64,000 bases of DNA from the human T2T-CHM13v2.0 reference genome, Homo sapiens (GCF_009914755.1 NC_060926.1), one strand, 5' to 3'. Positions 1-15,759 are shown, numbered from the stretch's first letter. The notes: generated from the letters alone by a model not told the origin. Numbers and translations: made by a program.

Positions 1-41
1 TGTTTTTCAGTTAACATATGAAAATTTTCTTATGACATTAA

Positions 42-380
<339 letters not shown>

Positions 381-399
381 TAATATCACATTAGGGCAT

Positions 400-870
400 A
401 GAGATTTTTTCCAATTCCTTGAAGTGTTTAATGAAACTATGATACATATTCATGCACCCAATCTTTTAATTGTCTTCACTCATATTCCAAATTGCTCTTC
501 ATAAAGTTAACAACTATTTAAACTTCTAGAAGGATACTAGAAGTTTAGATTAGAATCTTGGTTCCCAATCCTTCACTTTTTCAAGTGAAGGATTTCAAGT
601 TTTGCCAGTTTGCTAGATAACACATTATGACAATGATATTTTTATTTGCATGTCTTCATATTCATTTTCCTACATGTTTTTGAATATCTGGAATCTTCTT
701 TTGTGAATTGTCTGCTCAGGACCTTTCCCTATTGTTTTTAGAGCACTGGGGCTTTTTCTAATTGATATATAAGAGTACTTCATATCTTAAGGATATTAAC
801 AAACTGTCTGCAATGTTTTCCCAATTTGTCATCTGCCTTTGAATTTGAGATCATGTTTTTAAAAATGCAA
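400..870 (-). mobile_element. Old L1M fragment
   Basis: Degenerate similarity to reverse L1 ORF2/3' region (cttttgtgaattgtctgctca, atatcttaaggatattaac); ends approximate. Confidence 0.5.
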
Positions 871-1198
871 ACAAATAGGAACTTAGTATTTCTCACATGA
901 GCTTCAAAATGCCACTTACAATAATCAGATGCATGTTATGTTCTTGTCCATGGACTGTTAACTACTAGAGTCTTTTTTAAAAAAGAGAGCCCTGAATTGT
1001 CAACTGTGGGAAGACAAAAGAAGCCAGTACCTTCTGTTGCTTTTTTGCCATTCATAGTGCCAGGACCTGGCAATGCCTCAAAGCTGCTATTCCTGCACAG
1101 GGCTCTTCCTCAGCCTGGAGAAGACACACACAAGCAAGCGAAGGTGGGTGGGACCAAACTACCACCTTCTGGAATTCAGTTTGGCCTTCCAAGGTGAC

Positions 1199-1568
1199 TG
1201 ATATGGTTTGGCTGTGTCCCCATCCAAATCTCATGTTGTAGATTCCATAATTTCCATGTGTTGTGGGACAGACCAGGTGGGAGATGACTGAATTATGGGG
1301 GCAGGTCTTTCCCATGCCGTTCTCGTGATAGTGCATGGGTCTCACGAGATCTGATGGTTTTAAAAATGGGAGATTCCCTGCACAAGCTCTCTCTTTGCCT
1401 GCTGCCATCCACGTAAGATGTGACTTGCTCCTTCTTGCCTTGCCTTCCGCCATGATTGTGAGGCCTCCCCAGCCATGCGGACCTGTAAGTCTATTAAACC
1501 TCTTCGTTTTTGGAAATTGCCCAGTCTTGGGTATGTCTTTATCAGTACCATGAAAACAAACTAATACA
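1199..1568 (+). mobile_element. THE1 (A/B-like) ERVL-MaLR solo LTR
   Basis: TGATATGGTTTGGCTGTGTCCCC...AACTAATACA termini and 5-bp TSD GTGAC at 1194-1198 and 1569-1573. Confidence 0.93.
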
Positions 1569-4500
1569 GTGACCAAACCAAAAGAACATAAACATAACAG
1601 AAAAATGCAATCCAGCTTAGGAGCTTAGGCAACCACAGACACTAAGTTACCTGAATTTCCAAGTTTCATTCTGGCATGCTCACTACTGGAAACATTCCTT
1701 ATGACTCTCGAGGTCTCAGTTTCCAACTCCCCTCATGCTATGGACCCAGGATACTGAATCGACTAGACATTTGTAGAAAACTTTAAATGTGGAGTTTTTA
1801 ACTCATAATGAAACTAAAAACCAGGCAATCAAGAAAGGAATTATGATTTAAAAAAATACAGAAAATCAGAACAGAAAAAAATTCCAAATTAAAGATGGGA
1901 AAGTTCAACAGTGGAGGAAACAGAACATTATGCTTTATGACTTAGGTTCGCTCACCTATAATGACCCAGGTAATTGCCATATATGGGTAACCCCTGAGGA
2001 ACAGGATGTAATCTTAGTCACAATTTGTAAGTACTCATTCATACTTCAAGTACATAATCAGGCATACAGAGTATAATCCATACATAGTTTAATAAAGACA
2101 AAAGTCTCAGCCCCTTAAAGAACTATCCAGGTGTCTGTGGCTGATTGGAACTCAAGCGTAAGAGATTAGAAATGTATTAAATGAAATCTAACTTCTGCTT
2201 AATCAGAAGAGCCTGGTACAAGTATGTGATTAATTCAAAGTTTTCCTTGAAGAGGATGGTCTCGTCAAGTCATCAGCTACCAGCTATCCAATGGCAGAGG
2301 TGGCAGAGCTGACTGAAGCCTATTCTTCATCTAGCCCATTTGCTCCATCCTGCTTTGAATGGTTTACAACATTCCAATCCTTCAGGTAAAGGCTGTTCCC
2401 CAATAGATCTTGATCCTATCTCTGTTTTTTTTTGTTAATCCAAGATGATTCAATTCTTTTTCTGTGTGCACTACTTCTGAATTATTTGTCAATGTCTTTG
2501 TGATTACTATTATAATTATTGTTATTAATATAGCCTGGAATAATATCAAATACTTGACAACATCTCTGCTAACCAGGCAGCGACTTGACCTTCAAGGGTC
2601 TGCTGTTGTTTGCCATCTGAGGGGAGAACCTCAAGGGCAACAGGACCAGTCTCCTTTTATCTACTGACTTCAGAAAGGCTGGAAGGCAAAAAACATAATG
2701 ATCTGGGCAATCTAGGTGAGAAAAATTCACTTTTCCCTGAATTCTCTGTGTAAAGAGGCTTTAATGGACTGAGTTACTCAGGTAATTGTTCTGCATTGGT
2801 CTGAGTTTAATCAAAAGAAGAAAGAGGATAATGCTGTCAGGGAAGCAGTTTTCAGAAGGTTTAGAGTTTTGCAATTGTACTACAGAGCTCCGAAAAGTGC
2901 CAGCAGAGCAGAAAAATTAATGTAAATAACATTAGTTTTAATTTCATTCATTTTGGAAAAAAAAAGCAACTTCAAAAAGGTTTTTATAAAACTCTGGTTT
3001 TCAAGCATGAGAAAGAAAAGCTATTTTACATAAAACAAAAAATAAAATAAAAAAGCTCTTTTAAAAAAACAAAAAGATCTTTTACATAAAATGAAACAAA
3101 ATATAGAAGGGTTTTGCCCCCAGATTGTAAGAATAAGCTTTGTTTTTGCATTTGTTTTAGTCTTTTATTTTTTAATTTCACAACATAGTGTAAATTAAAA
3201 TTTAAAATGTGAAACTTCAAGTGTTAAGGCAATTGTGGCTAGAGCTGAACATAATATGGACAGTGAAGAAATACACAATGTATCCAAGATTGATATGTAG
3301 GTATCAATTGCTTCCAGTGAAACAGTTCATTGACTTCTCTACAGGAAAGGAATCTATGAGCTTCTAAATCCAGTCCTGAGTAGAAAATTATAACAGTGAA
3401 AGAGATCACTTTCACTCAGCTTCCATTTCCAGTTTTATGCGAAGTCCTTACTTTAGTATGCTAGGAAACATATTGAGAGGAAATAAATATAGTCCCCTTC
3501 TGTGGCAGCCTGGACCAAGTATTAAGGTTGCTTAAGAACTAACCTGAAAGATCATCTAAATGTGTTTTTGCTTTGTTTGGGTAACCTATAGGATCAAAAA
3601 CATGCTACAGCTCTAAGAACGTAAAAATAATGGAATAGAAATGGAAAGATGCATATTAAAAATCTACAAATCTAAAGACAAAATAGTGTATTAATACCAT
3701 CTGTTCCAGTTCTATATGGTCCAAGTCTGCCCACCCCACCAACCCCCCAACCCCATCACAAGGATCTAGTTAATTCACAGGAACTGCTTGCTGCCTGAAA
3801 TTCTTGCCAGAACACTTAACAGCCCCCTCATTTGTTGGGTGGTTTTATAGGTCTCTGGTGCTGAGCTGAGGTAGGACAGCTTGCAGTGTGTGAGGAGGAC
3901 AGATAAAACCACCCTGCTGTGTAGATTTAGTCCATTTGCACTGGCTCTCAGACAGAAAACAAATTGCAACCTCTCACAAAGCAGCCCCGTTCTGCACTAG
4001 CAAGCCTGAAAAATGCAGGCAAAAATGAGTAAATCAGGCAACTTCACATCAGGAGGAAAAAAAATGGCTACCACTCTAACAGCTGCTCTCGTAATTAAGA
4101 ACAGATTTCATCACTAAACTCTTCCTGGTTATGTCTGCAGCAAAACAAATACACAGATGTGAGGCATTTGCATACTGGAAATTGTGTACTGGATAACCAA
4201 ACCAAATTTACTTTTTCTGCTTTAAAATATTCCCTTAAAAATATCCAGTCAATAATAAAGTATAAGGCAATGTCCAAACCTAAGTACAACTATATTTCTG
4301 TCATCATCTTGCAACTAAATTTATTTTGGCATTCTACCAAATTCACTTTCTTTTTACATATTCGAAATTGCAATGGACTGCCATGAACATGACCTCCTTT
4401 GAATAATGAAAATGTGCTACCCATTTCTTTTACTCATAAAATTTGCTAAATTTATTGCTGCCTCATTTATCTATGTTTTAAAAGGCTGCATGGCACATGC

Positions 4501-4639
4501 AGTAAAAGGAATCGCATTTGACCTTTTTAAAGGTAAATTGGTGTGGAGTTAGATCAGAGAAATAAAACTAATGAAATGATAAAATTACAGCAAAAAGTGA
4601 GAGGTAAGGATAAATTAATGGAACCACCCCACTACCATG

Positions 4640-4950
4640 AGAAAGAACAATTTAAAATTCACACAACAACATGGATGAACCCCACAAACAAAATGCTAAG
4701 CAAAAAGGCCAATAATATACAGCACAAAAATGAGCAAAAGTAATTGTATCATTAGAAGTCAGGATAGTGGCCACCCTTGGGTGGGTAGGGCCATCACAAG
4801 GAGGGGGCACAGGAGAGCTTCTTCAGGTCTGGTCATACTCCATTTCTTCACCTGAGTGATGGTTATACAGGTGTGTGCAGTTTGTAAAAATTCTTCAAGT
4901 TGTATACTTAGGATTACTTTTCTATATAGAAATTGTACTTTCATAAGAAG
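4640..4950 (+). mobile_element. L1ME-type 3' end fragment
   Basis: aacatggatgaac...gtcaggatagtggccaccctt...gttgtatacttaggatt typical of old L1 3' UTR. Confidence 0.6.
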
Positions 4951-4968
4951 AAAAAAAATAAAAAGGTG

Positions 4969-5251
4969 GGCCAGGCGCAGTGGCTCACGCCTGTAATCCC
5001 AGCACTTTGGGAGGCCGAGGTGGGCGGATCACGAGGTCAGGAGACCGAGACCATCCTGGCTAACATGGTGAAACCCCGTCTCTGCTAAAAATACAAAAAA
5101 ATTAGCCAGGCGTGGTGGTGGGTGCCTATAGTCCCAGCTATTCAGGATGCTGAAGCAGGAGAATGGTGTGAACCCAGGAGGCGGAGCTTGCCGTGAGCTG
5201 GGGTCATGACACTGCACTCCAGCCTGGGCGACAGAGCGAGACTTCATCTCA

Positions 5252-5301
<50 letters not shown>
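4969..5301 (+). mobile_element. AluY with (AAT)n tail
   Basis: ggatcacgaggtcaggag, ggctaacatggtg, ggagcttgc diagnostics; about 16 AAT units at 5252-5301. Confidence 0.93.
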
Positions 5302-5303
<2 letters not shown>

Positions 5304-7819
5304 TAGGACATGCACTGTGTTTTCTGATTTTCAGTGTCAACCATAGTGTTTACTCACCACTTTTAGCCACAACCTCTTCAAGCGGCAAAATCCATCCTGC
5401 GTTTACACACCTTTATGACACTGTAATAGCAGTGTCCTTATTAGCCATTTTTATCAAGTCATAAGTTTCACTTTTTAAATGAATAAACTGGCCAAATGCT
5501 GAAGCTTAAGTAGCACAATGTTCTAACAGAGTCCCTTATTTAGTACTTTAAACTGATTTTCCTCCCCAAAGGTGCAAATGCTACATAATTTTCTATTGTG
5601 AACTGTATTATTAGTACTATATTTAAAGCAAAGAAGCTGTTTTAAACCTGTAATTTTCAGTCAAATGTGGTTCTAAGTGCATTTTAAAAATGACTTATTA
5701 TACTGTTTTACCTAAAGAACAATAATTCATACAGAAATCCATAGATGTAAATAAGCTGATACAAAAGTAGAAAAGGAAGATCATGCCTATTCAAGATGAC
5801 CTAGTATGTTCTAAGACCCTGAATTAAAATGACATTTCAGTAGGGTTGACTGGGAGTTTAAATAGTAGAGCTTTTCATTCAGAATTGTACTTTTCCAAGT
5901 TGAAATTATGCTGTGGAGTAACTAGGAAGGCATTAGAGGGCCTAGAGAAGTAAACTTAGGAAACAAGTGGTGGTTGTTAATGATGAGGGTGGTGATAAAA
6001 CATGCAGGGTGCTCTACAGGCTCTTTCATCCTAGTTAGGTCTTTGGTGAACGAAAAGGCCGATCGTTACAAACGTAATCACACACACTTTGCTCTAAGTG
6101 GCTTCCCAGCTGCACTTCTCAATTGGTGACCATCAATGCATGAACCAGGGGTCAAAGGCATAAAGAGACTTTCTTTCCCCTAAAAGGAGGGTCTCTCTGA
6201 CCTCACCCTTTGGGTTTGTTCATCTATTTCAATATTGTTGCAAAGGCTGAAGTCATTAGTGTTTAAACCATTAAACCTAAAAGACAGGGGTACGGAGAAC
6301 TTTATCCACATTCTTTCCATTCATCAATCTGGGGTCCTCATTTATAAGCGAAAGTCATAGACGATGTGTACCTAGCACAATGAAGCACTCCACAGATGAG
6401 TGTTCAGCTCTCAACTGCAATGACTGCAGAAATCAGACCCTATACTCTGGGCTGGTGCATTAAGCTAACGTTAGTTTAGATCCATCCACAGACCCTCCTG
6501 TAATGCCAGTCTGAGATCTAGCTGGGGGCCAAGGGCAGTGCCACAGCTCATTTAATTGTATTTATTCTCAACTTTAGCTGAAATAAGCAATGCTACCTGG
6601 ACTTCCCCTTATGCCTGGCTGGGGGCATTTGTTTTCAAGCACTTTTTCTGTAGCCACAATTTGAAAAAACTAGGTCTGCATCCTTAATGAAATTATAAGA
6701 TTTAAGATTCCCATTCATTCTTACAGTGTGTACACTCTCCTACCTATCATCTGCTACCCCAAAGGAAGGTTCACCTGTGAGCCTACTCTTCCAATGCCCA
6801 TGTTTTAAAAATGTATTCTATGCTGTTTAAGAAGTTAATGTCCAGGCAGAACTCTGACAGAATGTAAGAAATAAAGTGTATTATTTTCTCAATCTCCAGC
6901 CTCAGATAATGCTTGCTTATAAAACACTATGAACCTGTTATGAAAAAGAACTGCTCTGTGATTTTTAAAGCTTTTTTATTTAATTCAACATTAATTTATG
7001 AAGCACCTGCATGTTAAGCACTGTACTCAGTGCCAAGGATATAAAGATGAATAAGAGAGCATGCCAGCCCTCCAGGAGCACGCAGAACAATAAAAGAGGC
7101 AGCTATGTGAGCCGACTGAAAATATAATATGATGGATGGATGAATGGATGGGAGGAAGGAAAGAAGGAACAAAGGGATGAAGGATGATAGATAGATGGTA
7201 GACAACAGAGAAGCCAGGGAGTGAAGGCAGGGGGAGAAGTGCTATGAAGGAACATAGAAAGCAACTCATTCCATGAGGAGTAGAAAAGCCTTCTTGGAGG
7301 CAATGATAAAGAAGATTTAGTGCCAGCTTGACTTCATCAGCCAGGGTGAGTAGATGCATATTTCTGGTATGGAGAAATTCACGCTAAAAGCATGGAGGCC
7401 TGCAAAGTGCACAGCATGTTAGGGGGACAACAGTCAAGCTCTGAGTAGCTAAAGTATAGTGTACCTGGCACAGCATCCTGAGGTTAAAGCTGGAGGGGTG
7501 AGGTGATGTAAAGGGTCCTGTATGCCGGACCCACAACTCCAGCTTTTTCTCTTCTAGGTTAGTGTTTTCTAGCATAAGTTTCCCAGAATACTAATTCTAT
7601 GGGTTGCTTTGCAAAAGCAAAAACAAAAAACCATTTTGTGGCCAAGTACATTTGGGAAATGCTGCCTCCTACAATCTCCTTTCAGAGATTAGTAACATAT
7701 ATTTGGTCTCGAGGGGGCTGATAAGCGTGGCAGGAAAGAAATCAGTTTAACTTGGACACCATTTTTGCAGAACTCCTGACATCCCTCGGCACTGGGTTCT
7801 GTAGAACACATGGGGGACA

Positions 7820-8400
7820 CTGGAGGACAAAAGGAGCTATTGGAGCATGAATGTAACATGATCTGATTTATTTTTTCCTTTTCCTTACTACAGAAAAATA
7901 TTTATTTGGCAGTCTATGTCTGGTAATGATATGGAGGTTGAACTAAGTTTGGAAGAGATTAATGGCAAGAAGCCAGGTGGTGATTAAATGCAGAAGTGAG
8001 AGAGCCCACTCAAGAGACTTTCTAGGATAAAATTAAAAGGAATTCACAACGGATTAGATATGGAATGATGGGAGCAAACCAAAGAGTAACTTCAAAGGTT
8101 CTAGCTTAGGAGCCAGGTGGAAGACTCTCCTTTAACTAACAGAATTACAGAGGAGAAGCCTGCTCTACAGAAAAGGTAGTATGGTCAGTGCTGGTCATTT
8201 TAAGTATGGAATGTTGCAAAAATATCCACATAGGCAAATCAAGATAGCAGTTAGAAATATGGCTCCTCAGCTTACAAGGAAGGTCAGGACAAGAGATACA
8301 CACTGTAATCACAGAGCCCACAGAAGAAGTCATCTGAATAAAGTCCTTCCAGGAAAACACACAGGACAAAAGAATCCAGAATCCAGGATACCCACATTTC
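7820..8400 (-). mobile_element. L2 fragment (degenerate)
   Basis: Purine-rich reverse L2-like motifs (atgatctgattta, gcagttagaaatatgg); ends approximate. Confidence 0.5.
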
Positions 8401-10651
8401 AACATATAAAATACAAAGTTAATCCATCAGCTTTATGGACATACAACATCCATTAACACTGCAGTCCTAGATCTGTGTTTACCTTATCCAGAACAGAATA
8501 CAGGGCTGAGCCCGACAATGGTTTATATTTTTAATATTTGTCATCAGTATATAGTATAAAGGAATCAAAATATGTTTGGAATAGAATAGGATCTAATTAA
8601 ATACACCTGAAGGCCAGAGCAATTAAGAGAATTGACCAAAGCCTTATAGCTAGTCTCATTTGCAACTAGTTCAACAATGATTTTTTTAAAAAAAGAAAGC
8701 GTGAATCATGGGCTCAGGTTTGAAAAGGACCCTGAGAGGTCCATCTGTGAATTTTCATCAAAATTGTATTTTTAATTCTATGAAAAAAGGTTGAAAATTA
8801 ATTCAAAATATGATATTCTCTTTCATTTTACTTGTTTCTAAGGCATTTGAGGATGCAAATAAAATCAGATAATTCACTTGAAAGTAAGATCATTATCAGG
8901 TATTAGAAAAGCATTTTGCTGCTTTCCCACGTTATCTTTTTATTTTTAATTGCTATGATAGAAGAGTGCTAACAATATTAGCTGTTTTTTATTGATGTAA
9001 TTGAGTTGTGTTTCATCAGAATATCATGGGAATTAGCCTGTATTCTTGTAAGGGTGGTCAAGAAAAGCTGTATTCTAGATCAACAATGATCTTATCAGCT
9101 CACGCAGCCACTCAACAGACATTATCAAGGGCCTTACATGAGTGAGGCACAGTCCTTACTCACAGAGGAGACATCCAGGAAAAGGATGAGGAAGTAGCCC
9201 ACTCACAACTGAGTTCGAGGAGGTTTCCGTTGGCCACTACTTAATTGAATATAATGCATTCAGTGACCAGTATGAAGTCCTTAAACACTTCAGTATACAT
9301 ACTTACAATCCTGCATTAAATGTAACAGGATTTACAAGTCTCTTTTGTGAGGAATAAAACCAAAAACCCAAGAATTATGAAGTTTTTTTGCACAACAATG
9401 TGAACAGAGTGAACACGATCTAATTGTTCACTTTAAATAGTTAAGATGGTAAATTTTATGCTGTGTGTACACATAGCATAAAATTTAACATCTTAATCAT
9501 TTTCATACAACTAAAAATTTTTTATATTATGAAATTAAAATATCTTTAAATAACTGACGTTTGTCCATAAATTGTTTGTTCTACATCCTGCAAGGATTGG
9601 GAGCTTGTCAATTTTTTTGAGCTGAGGAAGAAAGAGGTGAAACTGGATCTTTAGGAGGATTCACCAGATAATGCTACTCAGGGTTTATGAAAGAGAAATT
9701 GAATCAGTGGACACTCAGAAGTTAGGAAAGCCAGCATGAAAGTGAAATATTTAAATAGGAAGGTAGCAGTAAAATTTGGAAGAATATGAGAGACCTTCGA
9801 GAAGAGCAATCAACAAGGTGTGGATATGGTATGGATACGGAAAAAGAATCCAAGACGATTCCAGGATGTCGGATTTCAGCAAGAACATGGTATTTATTGT
9901 TACTGTCAACCTGAGTTGAAACCAAGAAAATGAAAATGCCCAGGGCGCAGCTGGAAAAAGGAGACCACAGTTTAGATGCTGAACCACCATGGACCCCAAA
10001 GATACCAATCTGTGGTGTGTACCAGAACCACAGGCTCAAATGAGGCCCCGCTGCATCCAACCTTCACGAACCTTTATCTTTACCCGTGGAACCATCATGT
10101 TCTCCCAAAGATACCATGCTGCTCACCTGCCCCTACCCAGTCTTCACCTGAGGTTTACCCAAGCAGGGAGAAGGGATTAACAGAGAAAGGTAAAAATAAT
10201 TTCACTTCAAATTTGATGAGACTAAAGAAATTTCTGGAGGGCCAGATCTCTTCTGAAAATTTCCCTGGCTCTAGGGAGACAGAAGAGTCAAGCCTTTCAC
10301 ACACTTAACGCTCTTCAAGATTCTGACAACTGTTGATCTTCTTGCCATGTTTGGGTCTTAGCACTGCAGGAAACTCAGAAACTCTCTTGTAATCTGCGCA
10401 GAAGGTCATTTGGTGTATCCCGATCCATCTCTGCCGTGTTCCTCTCGATAAAACAGCAGATTAAATTAATCCTTGCTGTTCAACATTCACAAGACTTGCA
10501 AGTGTCTCCTCTCTGTTGCCAGACTTAGAGGGAAAAAAGCTGAGTCAGAATGTCATGATTTGAAGTTGGAGAATCTTATTGTGATGTATAAGGAGATGAA
10601 GAAAAAGAAAACTGTTTTTAACTAAAACCTTCAGAACCTTATCACAAAATG

Positions 10652-10965
10652 GGCCGGGCGCAGGGGCTCATGCCTGTAATCTCAGCACTTTGGGAGGCAA
10701 AGGCGGGCGGATAATTTGAGGTCAGGAGTTCGAGAGCAGCCTGGCCAACATGGTGAAACCCCGTGTCTACTAAAAATACAAAAATTAGCCAGGCGTGGTG
10801 GCGCATACCTGTAACCCTCGCTACTCAGGAGGCTGAGGCAGGAGAATTGCTTGAACCTGGGAGGTGGAGGTTGCAGGGAGCCGAGATTGCGACACTGCAC
10901 TACAGCCTGGGCAACAGAGCAAGATTTTGTCTCAAAAACAAAAACAAAAACAAAAAAACCCAAAA
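10652..10965 (+). mobile_element. AluS (Sx/Sz-like)
   Basis: Full dimeric Alu; TSD AACCTTATCAYAAAA at 10635-10649 and 10966-10980. Confidence 0.93.
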
Positions 10966-11848
10966 AACCTTATCATAAAAAGTCAGTCTTGACAGATTAA
11001 ATGGAACTTTTCCACTTACAAGAAGCATAGCCAATTTCAAAGATTAAAAAAAAAAGGAACTTGGAAAAGTGAATTTATTTTCACTAGAATGTATACATTT
11101 AGAGTATCTTCCCTATCTCTGTCCTTTAAATTTAAGCTTAAACATTTATTTTTTATTAAAAAGTAGGCATCCTTTAATTTCTAATCTAAGGAAAGAATGG
11201 TTTAATTAAAATTTTATTTATTTTTTTTACTTCTGCTAGCTATTTAATCTAGGAAATACAGCTCAGAAAAAAAATGCAGTCATAAAACCTGTTGGTATAA
11301 AGATAAGCAGTTTATTTAATATCTAATTAAATGTGGTCACCAGAGAAATCACAGCTTATGAAACTTTATCAGAAAAAGATTAATCCATTTCAGGCTTAAC
11401 CCAAATGTTATAAGAGAACTCATGAATTTAGATAGGAATCCACTTATTATCCAAAGACGTTTTCATATCAAGTTAGGTGAGCCTATATTACTAGCTATAT
11501 TTATACTTACTTCAATCAAATTTATATACTTTGTAGCTATCACTGATGTGGGGCACAATTATCGAACCAGAATAAGATAATAGGGAGCCTTTCTGTCTTT
11601 ATCAAAAATTTCTAGAATGTTCTAAAACACTTGGAGTTTATAGATCCCACTCTTTCAGAAATTAAAAAAATTAGACTGTCATTTTAACTGAAAAGCAATT
11701 CCACAACTAACTACTAAACACCTATTAGATCTTGGGCTCAGGTGTTAAGAAAATGAGGATGGAGAAAATGATTCCTTCCTTTGAAGGGCTCAGAAAGTCG
11801 TAAGTGAGATAAACCCTTAAATAACCACTGATATAAAATAATGACAAC

Positions 11849-12265
11849 TGTAAGGCAGGGGTTGCTTGTTTCTCTCCAATGCCTAGTCTGGACACATGGT
11901 GACCCAGCTTAAAGACCTCATGTCCCAGCCTAAAGCTATAGCCAGGTGATCTCTGGCCAGTACGGTGTGAGAAAAAGTGGTTCCTGCTCTTCCAGACTGC
12001 ACCTCTATGGGCAGGATATGCCCTCCCCTTTCTGTTCCTTCTTCCTGATGGCTGGAAGGGAATATGGACCATCTTGGATCATGTGGATAAGACTAACACT
12101 CCTATAGGTGGCAGAGCAACAGAATAAAGGGAGTCCAATGTCACAGAGCAGAACTAGCACACTGCCTCAGATTGACAATGATAGAAAAATAAGCTCTTGT
12201 CTTGTATTTAAGCCACTGTTATTTGGAATCTATCCCATGAAACAGCCCCATGCTCTAATTAATAT
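11849..12265 (+). mobile_element. Old MLT1 (J/K/L-like) MaLR LTR
   Basis: gaccatcttggatcatg, ggcagagcaac, tttaagccactgttatttgg motifs. Confidence 0.6.
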
Positions 12266-12773
12266 GTAACGGAGATGCTTCTTTTTCTAAGGATTTTTGG
12301 TTCTGAAAAATGCCGCCTTAAAAGAAAGAACCAAAATTGAATAGTATAAGCAAAGAAAAGTTTAATTTCTAACTTTTTCATGAAAAATAACACCTTTAAT
12401 TATGACAATCAATCTTATAAATAACAAAATAGAGATTATAATTAAAATCTTGTAAATTCTCAGAAAAGAATAATTTAAGTAATCATTGGGGGGCATAAGT
12501 TTAAAAATAAAATTATATAACCACATGCTGGAACTAATTTTAAAAATTAGAAAACTAAAAACTAAAGATAAAACTAATATATAAAAACTAAAGATAAAAA
12601 TAATATACAAAAACGAGAGAGAGTTGGAAACAAAATGGACACTTCAAAATACAAGAAAGGCTTAGGAAAATAACAGTGAATGTAGCTAAAAATACAGATC
12701 AAAGCAATTAGAGAGAAACTAATAGATATGAAAGAAAGACAAAAATGATTAAGCATAAGGACAGTTTCAGTAA

Positions 12774-13136
<363 letters not shown>

Positions 13137-14358
13137 AAACTTAATCTTTTTTAAAAAAAAATTCCCTGAGCTAGAACAAACTGATACGCAGACTGAAAGA
13201 ACACTCCATGTTTCAGGAAATGCATAATACTGAGACATATTTTGGTTAAGCTTCAGAAATCCCAATAATACTTTAGGGACTCAAATAGAAAGAACGAATG
13301 ATCTATAAGAGCAAACAGAGTGGGCATCTTAAAAGACATCAAAGCTCAAGAGAGGCTCCAAATTCGATGAAACCAAAGAAACAGAAAGAGAGAGGTAAAA
13401 AAAGTGAGACACTGTCATCTCTGAAATGAAGCTCAATTCATGTTTGTTAGTTTTTTTTCCAGATGGTGGGATTTGAGTTGATTTTTAAACTTCATTTTTC
13501 TTCATTATCCAAATTATCTAAATGAGCATGTAACCTGTCAATATAAACAATTAGAAATTAGACAGAAAAATATCAAAAATAAGATGGAATGCAAATATCC
13601 CAATGACCAATTTCCAAAGATTATTATCATTTTTTAATAAGAGGAACGGGCCTTGAAGGAATAATCTGGTGGGAAAACTAGAAAAGGATATTACTCCAGG
13701 CATACGCAAAGACAGAAAGGTATGAAAGAAAATGATGGTTTAAGGGAATGGCAAGAGGTCTGATAAGTGGATGGAGATCAAGCCTGGGTCAGATTATATG
13801 CTATGCTTGAACTCATTCTAGTGTTATTCTTTATTTTTGTCACTGATCTGCCTGACATCATTTGAACCAGTGAAAGTAGGGTTCACCCTATATTTGAGGT
13901 ACAGAAACTCAAGTCCAGACATCAGGGACAAAATTATTAGAGCTGGAGTACCAGCTCTAATAGGACCCCATCCTAGAAGATGACAGCCCAAAGACAAGTG
14001 AGAAGGGAACTGTCCTCAGAAAATTTGTGAGATCAGATGACACCAAATAAAAATAAATAATAATGTATGGTAATTTAACACATGTGGACACTACAGGAAT
14101 TGAGAAGAAAGGAAGGGGCACTTTGGTGGCTGGAGCAGGTGGGGGAAGTGGTAAGACTTGCACTAGGTCTTGAAGGAAGGACAGAGCATTTTAACTTAAG
14201 ATTTCCAGTTTCACAAGAAATTGTCTTCATAGGTGACTCCTACCTGTGGCTATAATTCCATAAAAAGAAAGCATTTTTTCTTGCTGAAATTATAGAAAAA
14301 GGATGGACTAATAAGTCAATTATGCTGGGATTTGACTATTTAAAAATTAAATAACTAA

Positions 14359-14691
<333 letters not shown>

Positions 14692-15432
14692 CATCTATTT
14701 CTTTTATAGTGTCCTATGTTAGATTTAACTCTAATCTTTGGTAACAGTCTTTGTAACCATACTAACAAAGGAAGAGAGAGAGATACAAAATTTAATTTGT
14801 CCACTAAGAACAAAGGTTAATCAACAAACTGGAAAAACTGTTTACAATGTAATTAGGAAAGATTGATTTTCTTAATATTTAAACAACTCTTTTAACTCAA
14901 TGAGAAAAAATATATATAAACACTTCAACAGAAAAATGGGTAAAGGATATGAACAAAAAATGCACAAAGGTTTATATATGAGAATTGTTTGCTCATTTTG
15001 GAATTATAAATTGGATGTCTAAGAATTTTTCTTAGGAACAAATCACATATATATACAAAATTTACTTAGTCACTCATTGCAGAATAATTTGTAATACTGA
15101 AAAAACCTAAAACAGCTTAGATAACCAACAAAAGGATTATACAAATAAATTATAGGATAAAATCACTGAAGTTGTCCAAATAAATGAGATGCTGAACCAC
15201 TAAAGACCAAGTATTGAATGTTACCAAAAACTGTATAACGACATGGGAAAGTGGTTACAATAAGTAAGGAAAATAAATTAGATAACAATCAAATATAATA
15301 GCTTTAATCCCAATTTAATCAGAAAGATGAAGTACAGAAAAAAGACCAGAAGGATCTGCTCTTTAACCAAAACATTAACTGTGATTATTTCCAGATTATA
15401 GAACCACAGGTGATTTTTTTCTTCTTTATGTT

Positions 15433-15699
15433 TTTGTTGTAGTTGTTGTTGTTGTTTTGAGATGGAGTCTCACTCCGTTGCCCAGGCTGGAGTGCAGCGG
15501 CGCCATCTCGGCTCATGAGTAGTTGGGACTACAGGCACCTGCCACCACGCCCGGCTAATTTTTTTTTTTTTTTGTATTTTTAGTAGAGACGGGGTTTTGC
15601 CATGTTAGCCAGGATGGTCTCGATCTCCTGACCTTGTGATCCGCCCGCCTCAGCCTCCCAAAGTGCTGGGATTACGGGCGTGAGCCACCGCGCCCAGCC
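15433..15699 (-). mobile_element. AluY/Sc-like with ~49-nt internal deletion in the right arm
   Basis: ctcggctca joined directly to tgagtagttggg at 15515/15516; TSD CTTCTTTATGTT at 15421 and 15700. Confidence 0.9.
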
Positions 15700-15759
15700 C
15701 TTCTTTATGTTCTTAATGTTATCTAAATTTTTATAACGAAGACCTGTTACTTACAAATT

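Noticed and set aside
3395-3416. 8-bp inverted repeat AGTGAAAG...CTTTCACT
   Set aside because: Arms too short to exceed chance expectation in 64 kb
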